Shown here: piece after piece, positions 29,708 through 40,509 of the stretch | Numbering within the stretch: the stretch's first letter is position 1 | Layout: each line of letters begins with the position of its first letter | Source: Candidatus Versatilivorator sp. | Lineage (GTDB): Bacteria > Acidobacteriota > Terriglobia > Versatilivoradales > Versatilivoraceae | NCBI GenBank assembly: GCA_965207735.1 | Contig: OZ242296.1 | Location: 3,968,001 to 4,032,000 of the forward strand | Reading direction: 5' to 3' | DNA: 64,000 nt | Made by a program: the position numbers and the translations under genes | Notes under the pieces: generated by a model | Databases searched by the model: none | Told to the model about the DNA's origin: nothing | The model's input: the letters and a program-made list of their open reading frames with translations, nothing else

Positions 29708-32700
29708 CTACTCCCGGGCAGGCAAGTAGGCACCATCGCCACTACGTTCTCCCGGTGCCCCGCCGTCGTTGATCACCCCGTAGGCCAGAAACGGGTTCTC
29801 CCCCGACACCTTCTCGATCCGGATATACCCCTGACGGGTCTCGGCTGAGGCTCGCCCCAAAATCCCGTTGATCTGATGCCAGCCCCGTGCCGGGATCGCC
29901 TTCGTCACCACCGTCTCCACCAGCAGTCCCGTCTCCCCGTTGTAGATCTCCAGATGGAAGACACTCTCACTGTCGTCCACCTCCCCCGTGTTGACCAGCG
30001 CCAGGTTGCTGCGGTTCTCCTCGTTCTGCTGCAATCCATTTACCCAAGCCTCCCGGGAGAAGGCGTCGCCGAAGGGCACCGCGTCGTAGAAGACACTGTA
30101 TTGCCCACCGCCTCCCTTCGAGCCCGTCCTGGCCCCGATCACGATCCCGCTCAGGTCTCCCTCTTCGGCCATGACGAACACCGGCCCCAGGTAAAAGCCC
30201 CGGCTTGTGCCCAGCCCCGCCACTCCCTGGCGCCGCAACTCCTCCACCAGCTCGGGAACGATCTGCTGTTCGCCCCCTTCCAGCTCCATGCTGAACTCCA
30301 CCCTCTTGTCCTCCCCTTTGATCTGCTCCGATACAAACTCGAAATCCAGCCTCCTGGGCTGCTGGGAGAAGTTCGTCACCGTCAGCTCGCTGGTGAACTC
30401 GCTCGTCTCCACGATCACCGGCAAGGTCTGCGCCACCTTCCCCTCCAGCGAACTGGCCGTTACCGGAAAGATGAACGACCCGTCCGAGTTCACCTGGTCG
30501 TTGATCACCCCGTAGGCGTAGAAGGGCGCCTCTCCCTCCACACGCTCCACCCTCACGTAGCCGCTGGCATTGCCGCCCACTGCATTCAGCACTGCGTTGT
30601 GCTGGTGAAATCCTCCTGGCTCCAACCTTACCTCGTCCAGCTCCCGGGCAGTCCCATCCCCCGCCTCTCCTGAGTAGACCGTGGTCTTGAGGGTGATCGC
30701 TCCCTCCCCCGCAGTCCCCATGTTCTGAAAGGCTACGTTGGAGCGGTCCTGGCTGTTCTGCCTGAGCCCGCACAGGTAGACCGGCCCGTCAAACCCCTCC
30801 TCCTCGGCTATCCCCAGGTAGGCCAGCCCCGCCCGTCCGTCAGGCACTACCGTCGTGGTGCGCACCACCGCCCCCACCTCCGAACCCAGCTTGACCTCCA
30901 CCCGCAGTGTCCCCACCCGGTTCCCCGTCTCGGGAATCGGTACCCCCAAACCCCTCAGATAGGTGAGGGCGTCGGTCTCGACGATTTGTCTGCCGGCTGC
31001 CAGTCTGTCGGAAGCCGTCCCGCTCCCTCCTCCCGCATCGGCCCTGTAGAGGTAGTCCACCCTCGCTTCCTTCTCCCCACGGTTGGTCAGCGTCAGCTCC
31101 GAGGTGAAGAAGGACTGTTTCCGGCCTGCAGAGGAGAGGATCACCGGAACGAACAGCGACCCCGTCGTCAGCCGGAAGCTCCCCTCGGCCACCTCCCCTT
31201 CCCCACAGTCGTAGAGGTACCCGCCCACTTCCGACTCGGTGAAGCTCAAACGAAGCTCGCAGGAGGCCCCGTCATCGTAGTCGAGCCTCACCGTCCCCAT
31301 CCCGGGCCCTGTCCTCTCATAGGCGTAGCTGCCCAATCGCGAAGTGGTGCTCTCCGATCGGGAGTCGGCGCTCTCCGACCGAATCGCCGCCTGCGCTTCC
31401 ACCCTCTCGATCTGCTCGAATCGGTTGCCTTCTGCAAACCGCAGTTCAATGCGTCTGGCGGTCCCCTCTTCGCCCGTGATCCGTAACCTCAACCGTCTGC
31501 CCTCCAGGTCCTCCCCGGTGAAGTGAGAAGGATCGTCCGGGTCGGGCTCCTCTGCCTCCGTCCTGCCTTCCCCCGGCTGCGACCACTCACCCCTCCCCTC
31601 TTCGTTCATGGCCCTCACCTCCACCCGGTAGAGCGCCTCCTCCTCCAGGCCCGTCAGCGTCAACCTCAGTCCCGTCCCCTCGTGCCCTCCGTCCCGGTAG
31701 CCTTCCTCTCCCTCCTCCCGGTAGCGCACCTCATAGCCGGTGATCTCAGGCCCCCGGTTCTCAGGCTCGGACCAGCTCACCTTCAGGCTGTCCGTGCCCT
31801 CAGCGGTCACCTCCGGCGCCCCCACCGCCGCCGGCGGCTCCTCCTCGTCACTTACCCGCACCCGTATGGTCCTCTGCCCCTTCCGCTCCCTCTCCCCCTC
31901 CCCGCTCCTCGCCTCCACCACCACCACGTATTCGTTGTCTCCTGCAGGGCTTTCGGGCTCCGCGCTCACCGCATCGGCAGGCCTCTCATAGTCCGGCGCC
32001 TCCGTGAAGCTCAGCTCTCCCGTCTCCCCAACTACCATAAACAGTGCTGCGTCCGCTCCCCCCGCGATCCCGTAGCCGGCAACCTCGTCTCCCTCGTCGG
32101 AGTCCACCGCCTCCAGCCGCACTACCTTCCTCTGGTTCTCCACCACCTCCAACGGACCTGTGCTCGTGATCTCCGGCACCCGGTTCAGCTCGCTCAGCCG
32201 GAAGCTCCCCTGTCCCAGCAACGCGCCCCCGCAGCGGTAGCTGTAGCTGCCCGCTCCCACTCCGCTGAAGCTCATCCGCAGTTCGCACGTCTCCCCCCCG
32301 TCGTAGTCCAGGCTCAGCTCTCCCGTCGTCCGGCTGGTGTGGCGGTACCGGTAGCTCCCCATGCGGGTCGCCGTCACTTCCCCTGCTGTGTCCAGCTCCC
32401 TCTCCTCGAACCGCAGCCCCCCTCCAAACCTCACCTTCAGACTCCGCCGGCTTCCTCCAAACGGCGTCCACTCCAATCCGGCCTCTCCACCCTCCAGGTC
32501 CTCCGCCCGGAAGTTCGACCGAAAGGCCGGGTCCAGAGGCATCACCGCCTCCACCGCCTCCGTCTCCCGCCCGTTGCCGATCTGGTTGACCGCCCGCAAC
32601 TCCAAGGCATAGACCGTCCCGTTGAGAAGCCCCATGAGGGTGTAGCCGGAGGCGTTGACCTCCCCGGGAGCGCTGTCCGGGATGGGTGTCCACTCCCCGA

Positions 32701-35464
32701 CCTCGCCCAGGCCCTCTTTCAGTCGGTACTCGTAGCGCAGGATCTCGGCGCCCCCGTCGCTTTCCGGCGGAGTCCACGCCAACTGCACCGCCCCGTCCCC
32801 CGGCATGGCCATCAGGCCCCCCGGCGCCTGCGGAGGAAACAGCAGGCCACCACCTCCTCCGCCGCCACCACCTCCTCCACCACCTCCACCACCTCCTCCT
32901 CCGCCGCCACCTCCACCACCACCGCCGCCGCCGCCGTCGTCGGTGATCCTGACCGTCACCGAGTTCGGAGCGCCCGCCGCCACATTAGAAGGCAGCGTCG
33001 CGCCCAGCGCCACCGTGAACGTCTCGTCGTCCGTGTCCACGTCCTGCGCCGTCGTGATCGTGCCCGTGCCCGTCGTCGAGCCGCTGCTGATCGTGATGCT
33101 GGTCAGCGGCCCGAAGTCGCCCTCCTCCGCCGTCCCCGCCGTCAGCGTCAGAGGGATATCGATGTTGCTCGAAAGCGCCGCCGACAGCTCCGCCGTCACC
33201 GTCACCGACGAGCCCTCATCCACCGGGTTCGGAGCGGCTGAGAGCGTGAGAGTAATCGGTGTGACTCTCACCTGGCGGAAATAGTCGTCGGAGACCGCTG
33301 CATGGGTCAGCACGGCCGCGGTATTGCTCGAATCGCCCTTGAACGTGATGGTTCCGCCGTTGAGGGAGATCGCGTTCGCAGGAATCGAGATGCCGTTGGT
33401 GTCCGAGTCCGCTGCCACGGTGTATGCGAAGACTGCCCTCAAGCCCCCTCGGGTGAGCCGCTGGAATCGGGCTTGCCTGGTGTTGGCGCCGATGGTCAGT
33501 CCGAGTTGCGGCGCGCCGCTCACGCTCACCGCCCGGCTGAAGAGGGCGATGGCAGTGATCGTCTCGCCCCTGTCGTAGGCGGCGCCGTCCTCCGGCCTGT
33601 TCACGAAGCCGACTCCCGTCACCTCCGGAGTCACGACGGCGGCGGCGCCGTTCACCTTGCGGGTCGAGCCGCCGGCAACCGCGCCGTGGGTGAGCGTGGG
33701 GGCGGCCGAGTCGCACCTGCGGGTGATGGTTCCGCCGTTGAGCGACAGGGCGTCGGCCGGGATGTCGACCCCGTCGGCGTCGGTGTCGGATGGCTGCACG
33801 ATGTAAGCGAAGAGGACGTAGTAGGCGAAGGAAGGGTGGACGTACACGAAGTCGGCCTGCCTGGTGTTGGCGCCGACGGTCAGCGCGAGTTGCGGCGTGC
33901 CGCTCACCTCGACGGGGTCTTCGAAAATAGCCCACATATAGATCGGCTCGCCCAGGGAATAGGTTGCGCCATCGTCCGGCATGTCGGCGGCGAACGCGGC
34001 GGTGGCCAATTCGTTGGGGGAGGCCATGGAGCCGTCGACCTTGTAGTCGGCGTAGGCGGACCGGGCGGCATGGGTGATGGTGGCATGGAGGGCCGGAACG
34101 TCCCGGCGGACGATGCTGCCGCCGTTCAGAGAAATCGCGTTCGCAGGGAACGAGATGCCGTCGGTGTCCGAGTCCGCCGCCATCACGTCGTAATAGAAAA
34201 ACATAGTAGTCGCTTCGGCGGAGAGGGCCTGGAAGCTGGCTTGCCGCATGACGCCGCCGACGTCGAGTTGCACCGTCGGGGAGCCGGTCACCACCACCGG
34301 GTACCTGAAGGAGACACTCACAGTCGCGGCGTCGCACCTTTTAAGGACGCTGCCGGGCGGTGGGTTGTTTACATTGAGGGCGGGAGCACCGGCCTGCAGA
34401 GCGAGGACGGTGCTGGCATCCACTTTGTGGTTCGCACTGTCGGCCACCTCAGCGTGAGTCAGGGACGCCGAGGTGCCGGTGTCCACATCGTGGGTGATCG
34501 TCCCGCCGTTGAGCTCGAGCGCGTTCGCAGAGATCGAGATGCCGTCGGTGTCCGAGTCCGAGGCCTGCACCGTGTAGGAGAAGAGCATAAACGGTTGAGC
34601 GGCTAAACTCGTCACGAGGGATGAAAAGTTCGCGTACCGGGTTTGGCTGCCGACGGTCAGGGCCAAGCGCGGCCGGCCGGTCACGGCGATGGTCCGGCTG
34701 AAGTCCACCCTCACTTCGACGCTCTCATACTGTATGTAGGTTCCGTCGCCGCTCTCGGGCAAACCGCTGAATGAAACCTGCAGAATCTCCGGCTGGGGCG
34801 ACGTCGAGCCGTCGACCTTGAAGTTGGCGCCGTCAGCGAGTGCAGCGTGCGTCAGCGCGGCGTTCACCGACGGGTCGGCCTGGGCCGCAATGGAGCCGCC
34901 GTTGAGCTCGAGCGCGTTGGCCGCGATGCCGTAGCCGTCCGTGTCGCTGTCGCTTGCCTGCACGGTATAGGAGAAAATGGCACCCGTGCGCTGCGACTCC
35001 AATTGATCGAAGACGGCGTAGCGGGTGTCGGCGCCGATGGTCAACGCCATGCGCGGCTGTCCCCGCACGCTCACCCTCTGGTCGAATTCGACGATCAGAA
35101 AGATCCGGTCGCCCAGATAGTACGTATCGCCGGTGCCGAACTGCGGAAGGAAGCTGCTGCGGACGATTTTGGTGATCGCGGGCGCCGAGACTTGCGCCGC
35201 GGCGGGGAGGGCGGCGAGCAGGAACAGCGCGCCGGCTAGAAGCGCACCGGCGCGGCGAACGGGCCGAGCGCGCCCAGCAGCAGCGCCAGAGCTGGGAGGA
35301 GACGGAGGGAGCCGCCGTGAGACCGCAGGAAACCCGTGGAAGGCGCCGGGCGCGGGCGCCTCACGACGCGCCCCCTCGGCTAAGAATGCAACGTCCGGGA
35401 GTGGTGGGCATGTCAGGTCCTTTTTTGATTTATTTGGAGCCGTGTCGGCACCGGGTTCCCGCAT
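29708..35464 (-). CDS. Large secreted surface protein B (~1900 aa): five Ig-like repeats, Calx-beta-like domain, Gly30 hinge, shared FN3/cadherin C-terminal module
   Basis: GAGGAGG RBS before MREPG (35464); signal LFLLAALPAAA-QV; five repeats with D.DTDGI.I.ANAL.LNGG; C-terminus GAYLPARE as in protein A. Confidence 0.9.
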   Translation of the reverse strand: MREPGADTAPNKSKKDLTCPPLPDVAFLAEGARREAPAPGAFHGFPAVSRRLPPSPPSSGAAAGRARPVRRAGALLAGALFLLAALPAAAQVSAPAITKIVRSSFLPQFGTGDTYYLGDRIFLIVEFDQRVSVRGQPRMALTIGADTRYAVFDQLESQRTGAIFSYTVQASDSDTDGYGIAANALELNGGSIAAQADPSVNAALTHAALADGANFKVDGSTSPQPEILQVSFSGLPESGDGTYIQYESVEVRVDFSRTIAVTGRPRLALTVGSQTRYANFSSLVTSLAAQPFMLFSYTVQASDSDTDGISISANALELNGGTITHDVDTGTSASLTHAEVADSANHKVDASTVLALQAGAPALNVNNPPPGSVLKRCDAATVSVSFRYPVVVTGSPTVQLDVGGVMRQASFQALSAEATTMFFYYDVMAADSDTDGISFPANAISLNGGSIVRRDVPALHATITHAARSAYADYKVDGSMASPNELATAAFAADMPDDGATYSLGEPIYMWAIFEDPVEVSGTPQLALTVGANTRQADFVYVHPSFAYYVLFAYIVQPSDTDADGVDIPADALSLNGGTITRRCDSAAPTLTHGAVAGGSTRKVNGAAAVVTPEVTGVGFVNRPEDGAAYDRGETITAIALFSRAVSVSGAPQLGLTIGANTRQARFQRLTRGGLRAVFAYTVAADSDTNGISIPANAISLNGGTITFKGDSSNTAAVLTHAAVSDDYFRQVRVTPITLTLSAAPNPVDEGSSVTVTAELSAALSSNIDIPLTLTAGTAEEGDFGPLTSITISSGSTTGTGTITTAQDVDTDDETFTVALGATLPSNVAAGAPNSVTVRITDDGGGGGGGGGGGGGGGGGGGGGGGGGGGGGGLLFPPQAPGGLMAMPGDGAVQLAWTPPESDGGAEILRYEYRLKEGLGEVGEWTPIPDSAPGEVNASGYTLMGLLNGTVYALELRAVNQIGNGRETEAVEAVMPLDPAFRSNFRAEDLEGGEAGLEWTPFGGSRRSLKVRFGGGLRFEERELDTAGEVTATRMGSYRYRHTSRTTGELSLDYDGGETCELRMSFSGVGAGSYSYRCGGALLGQGSFRLSELNRVPEITSTGPLEVVENQRKVVRLEAVDSDEGDEVAGYGIAGGADAALFMVVGETGELSFTEAPDYERPADAVSAEPESPAGDNEYVVVVEARSGEGERERKGQRTIRVRVSDEEEPPAAVGAPEVTAEGTDSLKVSWSEPENRGPEITGYEVRYREEGEEGYRDGGHEGTGLRLTLTGLEEEALYRVEVRAMNEEGRGEWSQPGEGRTEAEEPDPDDPSHFTGEDLEGRRLRLRITGEEGTARRIELRFAEGNRFEQIERVEAQAAIRSESADSRSESTTSRLGSYAYERTGPGMGTVRLDYDDGASCELRLSFTESEVGGYLYDCGEGEVAEGSFRLTTGSLFVPVILSSAGRKQSFFTSELTLTNRGEKEARVDYLYRADAGGGSGTASDRLAAGRQIVETDALTYLRGLGVPIPETGNRVGTLRVEVKLGSEVGAVVRTTTVVPDGRAGLAYLGIAEEEGFDGPVYLCGLRQNSQDRSNVAFQNMGTAGEGAITLKTTVYSGEAGDGTARELDEVRLEPGGFHQHNAVLNAVGGNASGYVRVERVEGEAPFYAYGVINDQVNSDGSFIFPVTASSLEGKVAQTLPVIVETSEFTSELTVTNFSQQPRRLDFEFVSEQIKGEDKRVEFSMELEGGEQQIVPELVEELRRQGVAGLGTSRGFYLGPVFVMAEEGDLSGIVIGARTGSKGGGGQYSVFYDAVPFGDAFSREAWVNGLQQNEENRSNLALVNTGEVDDSESVFHLEIYNGETGLLVETVVTKAIPARGWHQINGILGRASAETRQGYIRIEKVSGENPFLAYGVINDGGAPGERSGDGAYLPARE
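32846..32935 (-). repeat. Poly-glycine coding tract (30 GGN codons)
   Basis: 90-nt ccN tract on the + strand between the DD and LLFPP codons. Confidence 0.9.
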
Positions 35465-35726
35465 GATGGCCATCCTCCTCAGTAAACGGCGGCGCCTGCT
35501 CGAGCCCGGCTCGCCCGGCGTCGCCACCGGCTCGCCGGCCCTTTCGGAACCCGGGCCACGGACCCCCGACTGCGAGGTCGGAGCGACACGCGGGTGCGCC
35601 AGCTAACCACGGCTCCCATCCTGTCAAGCCAGCAAATAAAGGCGGCTGTGCCAACACATTAGCGACCGACCGGGACACCGGCCGTGAGACTGGCAGTTTT
35701 CAAGACCTCTGAAAGAGTAGGTCCAG

Positions 35727-38700
35727 CTAGTGCACTGCCGGCGTCAAGATCCGGATCAGGTGATTCCCCGACTCAGCGATGAAGAGGTTGCCCGCTGCGT
35801 CCACCGCCACGCCTTCGGGGTAGTTTAGCCGGGCCGCGGTCGCCGGGCCGCCGTCCCCGCTGAACCCCCTCGTTCCCGTGCCCGCCACGGTGGTGATGAC
35901 CCCCGCGGAGTCCACCTTGAGGATCCGATTGTTGGCCGAATCGGCGATGAAGAGGTTGCCGGCGCCGTCCACCGCCACGTCATCGGGGAAGGCCAGCCGA
36001 GCCGCGGTCGCCGGGCCGCCGTCCCCGCTGAACCCCCCACGTCCCCCGCCCGCCACGGTGGTGATGACTCCTGCCGTGTCCACCTTGCGGATCCGGTGGT
36101 TTCCCGAATCGGCGATGAAGAGGTTGCCGGCACCGTCCACCGCCACGCCTCCGGGTCCGTACAGCCGAGCCGCGGTCGCCGGGCCGCCGTCCCCGCTGAC
36201 CCCAAGCCTTCCCGTGCCCGCCACGGTGGTGATGACCCCCGCTGTGTCCACCTTGAGGATCCGGTGGTTGTTGGAATCGGCGATAAAGAGGTTGCCGGCA
36301 CTGTCCGCCGCCACGCCTCTGGGTCTGTTCAGCCGAGCATCGGCCGCCGGGCCACCGTCCCCGCTGACCCCAAACCTTCCCGTGCCCGCCACGGTGGTGA
36401 TGACTCCTGTCGTGTCCACCTTGAGGATCCGGTGGTTGTTGGAATCGGCGATAAAGAGGTTGCCGGCACTGTCCGCCGCCACGCCTCTGGGGTCGTCTAG
36501 CCGGGCCGCCGTCGCCGGGCCGCCGTCCCCGCTGACCCCCCCCGTTCCCGTGCCCGCCACGGTGGTGATGACCCCCGCCGTGTCCACCTTGCGGATCCGG
36601 CGGTTGCCCCGATCGGCGATGAAGAGGTTGCCGGCGCCGTCCACCGCCACGCCACCGAGGCCGGCCAGCCGGGCTGCGGTCGCTGGGCCGCCGTCCCCGC
36701 TGACCCCAAGCCTTCCCGTGCCCGCCACGGTGGTGATGACCCCCGCCGTGTCCACCTTGCGGATCCGGCGGTTGCCCCCATCAACGATGAAGAGGTTGCC
36801 GGCGCCGTCCACCGCCACGTCAGAGGGTCTGCCCAGCCGGGCCGTCGTCGCCGGGCCGCCGTCCCCGCTGAACCCCCTCTCTCCCGTGCCCGCAACGGTG
36901 GTGATGACCCCCGCCGTGTCCACCTTGCGGATCCGGTGGTTGTCCCGATCGGTGATGAAGAGGTTGCCGGCGCCGTCCACCGCCACACCATGGGGGAAGG
37001 TCAGCCGAGCCGCGGTCGCCGGGCCGCCGTCCCCGCTGAACCCAAGCCCTCCCGTGCCCGCCACGGTGGTGATGACCCCTGCTGTGTCCACCTTGCGGAT
37101 CCGCTGGTTAAGCAAATCGGCGATGAAGAGGTTGCCGGCACCGTCCACCGCCACGCCAGCGGGGAAGGCCAGCCGGGCCGCGGTCGCCGGGCCGCCGTCC
37201 CCCCCCCTGAACCCCCTCTCTCCCGTGCCCGCCACGGTGGTGATGACCCCCGCTGTGTCCACCTTGCGGATCCGGTGGTTGTACTGATCGGCGATGAACA
37301 GATTGCCGGCGCCGTCCACCGCCACGCCGGTGGGGTGTGCTAACCGAGCCGCGGTCGCCGGGCCGCCGTCCCCGCTGAACCCGGTCTCTCCCGTGCCCGC
37401 CACGGTGGTGATGACCCCCGCTGTGTCCACCTTGCGAATCCGGTCGTTGCCCCGATCGGCGATGAACAGGTTGCCGGCGCCGTCCACCGCCACGCCTTCG
37501 GGGACCCTTAGCCAAGCCGCGGTCGCGGGGCTGTTATCCCCATCATCCCGAGTACCGGCGAAGGTGTCGATTATCCAGCCAGTGGGAGTTTGCCCGCCGC
37601 CGGCCGTGACCACTACCCGCCGGCCCCTGGAACAGTTGTTATTGGTCCGGCTCTCCCCGCTGACCGCGTCCACGCAGGCGCCGTAGTAGTAGGTCCCCCC
37701 ACTCGACGGGGCCGTCAACCGGATCGACTCTTCCGTCAGGCCCGATGGGGCAAGGGCGCTCACTGCGTCCGTCCCCACCGAGGTATCAGCGCTCGTTATG
37801 GTCGCGTCCGTCGAACGGTAATAGCTCAGCGTCGTGGCCGGGGAGGCTCCCTCCCCGACGTTGCGCACTCCCGCCGCCAGCGAGAACGACCCTCCCGGGG
37901 GAGTGCCCGAAGGGTTCGTAAAGGCGGTGATCGAGTAGACGGTCAGGTCCGGATCGCCGCCGGAACGAGTGTCTGGGGGGGGGACAGTTTCCGCCGGCGG
38001 CAAGGAGGAGAATACCGGATCGGCTTCGAAGTTCAGCGACAGGGTCACGATGGGCTCGGTGGAGGTGATCTCGACCGATCCGTTAAAGCCGTTGAGCGCA
38101 AACAGGGGCGCCATGTTTTGCGCACCATGCCCGTGGGGCGACAGGCTTCTATCGACGCTGGCCAGCACCTGCCCTGCCGCGTCCTTGGCCGTAAAGGTAA
38201 TTTGGGCCGCCGCGTCGGATGGGTTGGCGTAGGCCACTCCGGTCCCAAACCGACCTTCTCCCTGTTCGGCAAAGGTGACAAAGCGGGTTGCCGGAAGTCC
38301 CGCCGCGTTGACTCCGGCTTCTCCCGTGGGCACTCCCCCTTCAAACCGGCGAAACAGCAGGCTGGCCTTTACCGGCCCCGAGCAGCTGGCCCGCGCCCAG
38401 CCGGGCGCCAGCGGTGCGCTCAGCTCCACGTCGGTCTCCTCATGAACCGACCCTCCGGGCGGCAGAACGTCGGTTCGCCTGTCCACCGTTCCCAGTCCTG
38501 CAAATGACACCATCAGCGGACTCCCCTGATCGGAAAGGAAATCCGTCTGGCAGCTCACCTCCTCAGTGGAGTAGTTGATATAGGTGAGGGTGGTTTGCCA
38601 ACCCGCTCCCACGGCAAGGTGGGGGAAGTAATAGGTAGTCGTTCCCTCGGCGGCAGCATCCAGTTCCCCAGGCGGCAAGGAGGAGAACACCGGATCGACT

Positions 38701-39794
38701 TCGAAATTCAGCGACAGGGTGACGATGGGCTCGGTGGAGGTGATTTCCAGCGATCCGCTAAACCGGCTGAGACCGAATAGTCCCGCCATATTGTGCGCAC
38801 CATGCCCGTTGGGCAACAGGTTCCGCTCGACGCTGGCCAGCGTCCGCCCCGCCGAGTCCTTGGCCGTAAAGGTGACGAGGGCCGCCGTGTCGGATGGGTT
38901 GGCGTAGGCCACTCCGGTCCCCAACCGGCCTTCTCCCTGCTCGGCAAAGGTGACGAAGCGGGTGGCTGGAACGGTCGCCGCATTGACTCCGCCTTCCGCC
39001 ACGGGCGCCCCTTGGCTGTTGTGGCGGCGAAACAGCAGGCTGGCCTTCACCGGCCCCGAACAGGTGGCCCGCGCCCAGCCGGGCGCCAGCGGTGCGCTCA
39101 GCTCCACGTTGGTCTCCTCATGAACCGACCCTCCGGGCGGCAGAACGTCGGTCCGGCTGTCCACCGTTCCCCGATCCGCAAACGAGACCATCAGCGGACT
39201 TCCCTGATCGGAAAGGAAATCCGTCTGGCAGCTCACCTCCTCGGAGGAGTAGTTGATATAGGTGAGGGTGGTTTGCCATCCCGCTCCCACGGCAAGGTGA
39301 GGGAAGTAATAGGTCTGCTCTTCCGTCTGTGGGGGCGGCTGAACCGCACTCGATTCAACCAACTCGAAGCTGCCCCTACAGACCACCAGACCGAACACCG
39401 CCGCTGTGAACGTGCCCCTCGTCTGCGAGCTGAAGGTCAAATCAGACACAAAGGGAATCGGAAGGTCATCAACCGTTGTCGTGAGGGTTCCCGTGTTCGT
39501 GCCGGTTTCCTCGTATTCGTAGTCGCCCTCCACATCCACAGTTTGCGTTCTGCCACCTGATTCAATGACTGCCTTTGTAGCCAATCGGCCTGGTCCGATG
39601 AAGCTGAAGGGATCTATTCCATCGCCTTCGTCGCAATCCGGGGCGTCAAATTGCAAGGTCCACCCCGTGAACCGTTGCTCGAATTCCTCCTGGCTCTGTG
39701 GCGCAAGCTGGGCAACCGCCATGCCCGGACAGACTACGGTCAACAGCGCGGTGAAGCTCCAAAGGATTCCCTTGTTTAAAGACCGTAAAGACAC
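35727..39794 (-). CDS. Secreted NHL-repeat (teneurin-like propeller) protein, 11 repeats, with two YFPHLAVG domains and a CARDB-like domain
   Basis: GAGGAG RBS before GTG 39794; signal peptide; ~56-aa repeats P.GVAVDGAGNLFIAD..N.RIRKVDTAGVITTVAGTG..G..GDGGPA. Confidence 0.92.
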   Translation of the reverse strand: MSLRSLNKGILWSFTALLTVVCPGMAVAQLAPQSQEEFEQRFTGWTLQFDAPDCDEGDGIDPFSFIGPGRLATKAVIESGGRTQTVDVEGDYEYEETGTNTGTLTTTVDDLPIPFVSDLTFSSQTRGTFTAAVFGLVVCRGSFELVESSAVQPPPQTEEQTYYFPHLAVGAGWQTTLTYINYSSEEVSCQTDFLSDQGSPLMVSFADRGTVDSRTDVLPPGGSVHEETNVELSAPLAPGWARATCSGPVKASLLFRRHNSQGAPVAEGGVNAATVPATRFVTFAEQGEGRLGTGVAYANPSDTAALVTFTAKDSAGRTLASVERNLLPNGHGAHNMAGLFGLSRFSGSLEITSTEPIVTLSLNFEVDPVFSSLPPGELDAAAEGTTTYYFPHLAVGAGWQTTLTYINYSTEEVSCQTDFLSDQGSPLMVSFAGLGTVDRRTDVLPPGGSVHEETDVELSAPLAPGWARASCSGPVKASLLFRRFEGGVPTGEAGVNAAGLPATRFVTFAEQGEGRFGTGVAYANPSDAAAQITFTAKDAAGQVLASVDRSLSPHGHGAQNMAPLFALNGFNGSVEITSTEPIVTLSLNFEADPVFSSLPPAETVPPPDTRSGGDPDLTVYSITAFTNPSGTPPGGSFSLAAGVRNVGEGASPATTLSYYRSTDATITSADTSVGTDAVSALAPSGLTEESIRLTAPSSGGTYYYGACVDAVSGESRTNNNCSRGRRVVVTAGGGQTPTGWIIDTFAGTRDDGDNSPATAAWLRVPEGVAVDGAGNLFIADRGNDRIRKVDTAGVITTVAGTGETGFSGDGGPATAARLAHPTGVAVDGAGNLFIADQYNHRIRKVDTAGVITTVAGTGERGFRGGDGGPATAARLAFPAGVAVDGAGNLFIADLLNQRIRKVDTAGVITTVAGTGGLGFSGDGGPATAARLTFPHGVAVDGAGNLFITDRDNHRIRKVDTAGVITTVAGTGERGFSGDGGPATTARLGRPSDVAVDGAGNLFIVDGGNRRIRKVDTAGVITTVAGTGRLGVSGDGGPATAARLAGLGGVAVDGAGNLFIADRGNRRIRKVDTAGVITTVAGTGTGGVSGDGGPATAARLDDPRGVAADSAGNLFIADSNNHRILKVDTTGVITTVAGTGRFGVSGDGGPAADARLNRPRGVAADSAGNLFIADSNNHRILKVDTAGVITTVAGTGRLGVSGDGGPATAARLYGPGGVAVDGAGNLFIADSGNHRIRKVDTAGVITTVAGGGRGGFSGDGGPATAARLAFPDDVAVDGAGNLFIADSANNRILKVDSAGVITTVAGTGTRGFSGDGGPATAARLNYPEGVAVDAAGNLFIAESGNHLIRILTPAVH

Positions 39795-39975
39795 TGTTTT
39801 TCTCCTCGCTTTTTGACCCTCGGATCCATCCAGGTGTCCCGTCCCAAGGACCGCCGTGACGCACCGCACGCTACAACATGACAAAGGGGGGCTGTGTTGG
39901 GTTGGTCATTCTCCACTCTTGCTTCAGGTGACAGGATCGAAGAGGTTGCTTAGCTTTCAGACTTCTGTACTCTAT

Positions 39976-40136
39976 AAAACCAATGTGAATCCAAGGCGAC
40001 CAGATGAGTTGTTAGGTGAATAAAATACGAATTCGTTTCCCATTCCTGCTAGAATCGACTCGGTTGAGCCTTGGAGGTACTCGCAACCGGCTCTTCCACA
40101 GAGCCGTGACCGGCCGACAACCAACTGGTCTTACTC
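39976..40136. promoter_or_regulatory. Conserved intergenic element, copy 2
   Basis: Lies between the divergent NHL gene and the kinase fragment; homologous to copies 1 and 3. Confidence 0.75.
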
Positions 40137-40161
40137 CGAGGCCCAACGAAAGGGGGATGAC

Positions 40162-40450
40162 TTGAAGAGGCCCAACGAATTGAAACGAGGGAACGAGAGG
40201 CTTCGGGAACGCATCTCCAAACTGAGCGCGGCCAGCCTGCGAATCAGCGCCAGCCTCGATCTCGACACTGTCCTGAGCGAGGTGGTGGAAAGCGCCCGCG
40301 CGCTGACCGGCGCCAGCTACGGTGGCATCGTGACCGGCGGTGAGTCAGGACGAGCCTTCGACTTCGTCTCTTCCGGACTGACCACCGAAGAGCACCGCCA
40401 GTTGCTGGAGTGGGCCGAGGGGCCGCGGCTGTGCCAACACGTCCGCGACC
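40162..40450 (+). pseudogene. Truncated 5' copy (partial GAF domain) of the hybrid kinase at 57876
   Basis: Near-identical to 57876-58164 up to gtccgcgacc, then switches to NHL-gene 3' flank sequence. Confidence 0.92.
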
Positions 40451-40509
40451 GATCGGGACACCGGCCGTGAGACTGGCAGCGTTCGAGACCGCCGAAAGGG
40501 TAGGTCCGG

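Larger units (their letters stand above)
29663..40450. repeat. Segmental duplication copy 1 (partner 47482-58164)
   Basis: Same order and near-identical DNA: 3' flank, surface protein, NHL protein, promoter element, 5' end of kinase. Confidence 0.92.

Noticed and set aside
32805-33284. Poly-proline protein on the plus strand
   Set aside because: Antisense of the Gly30 hinge.
35760-37530. Regular conserved/variable alternation resembling a CRISPR array
   Set aside because: The ~168-bp unit is in frame within an NHL protein, variable parts are only a few codons, and no cas genes are present.
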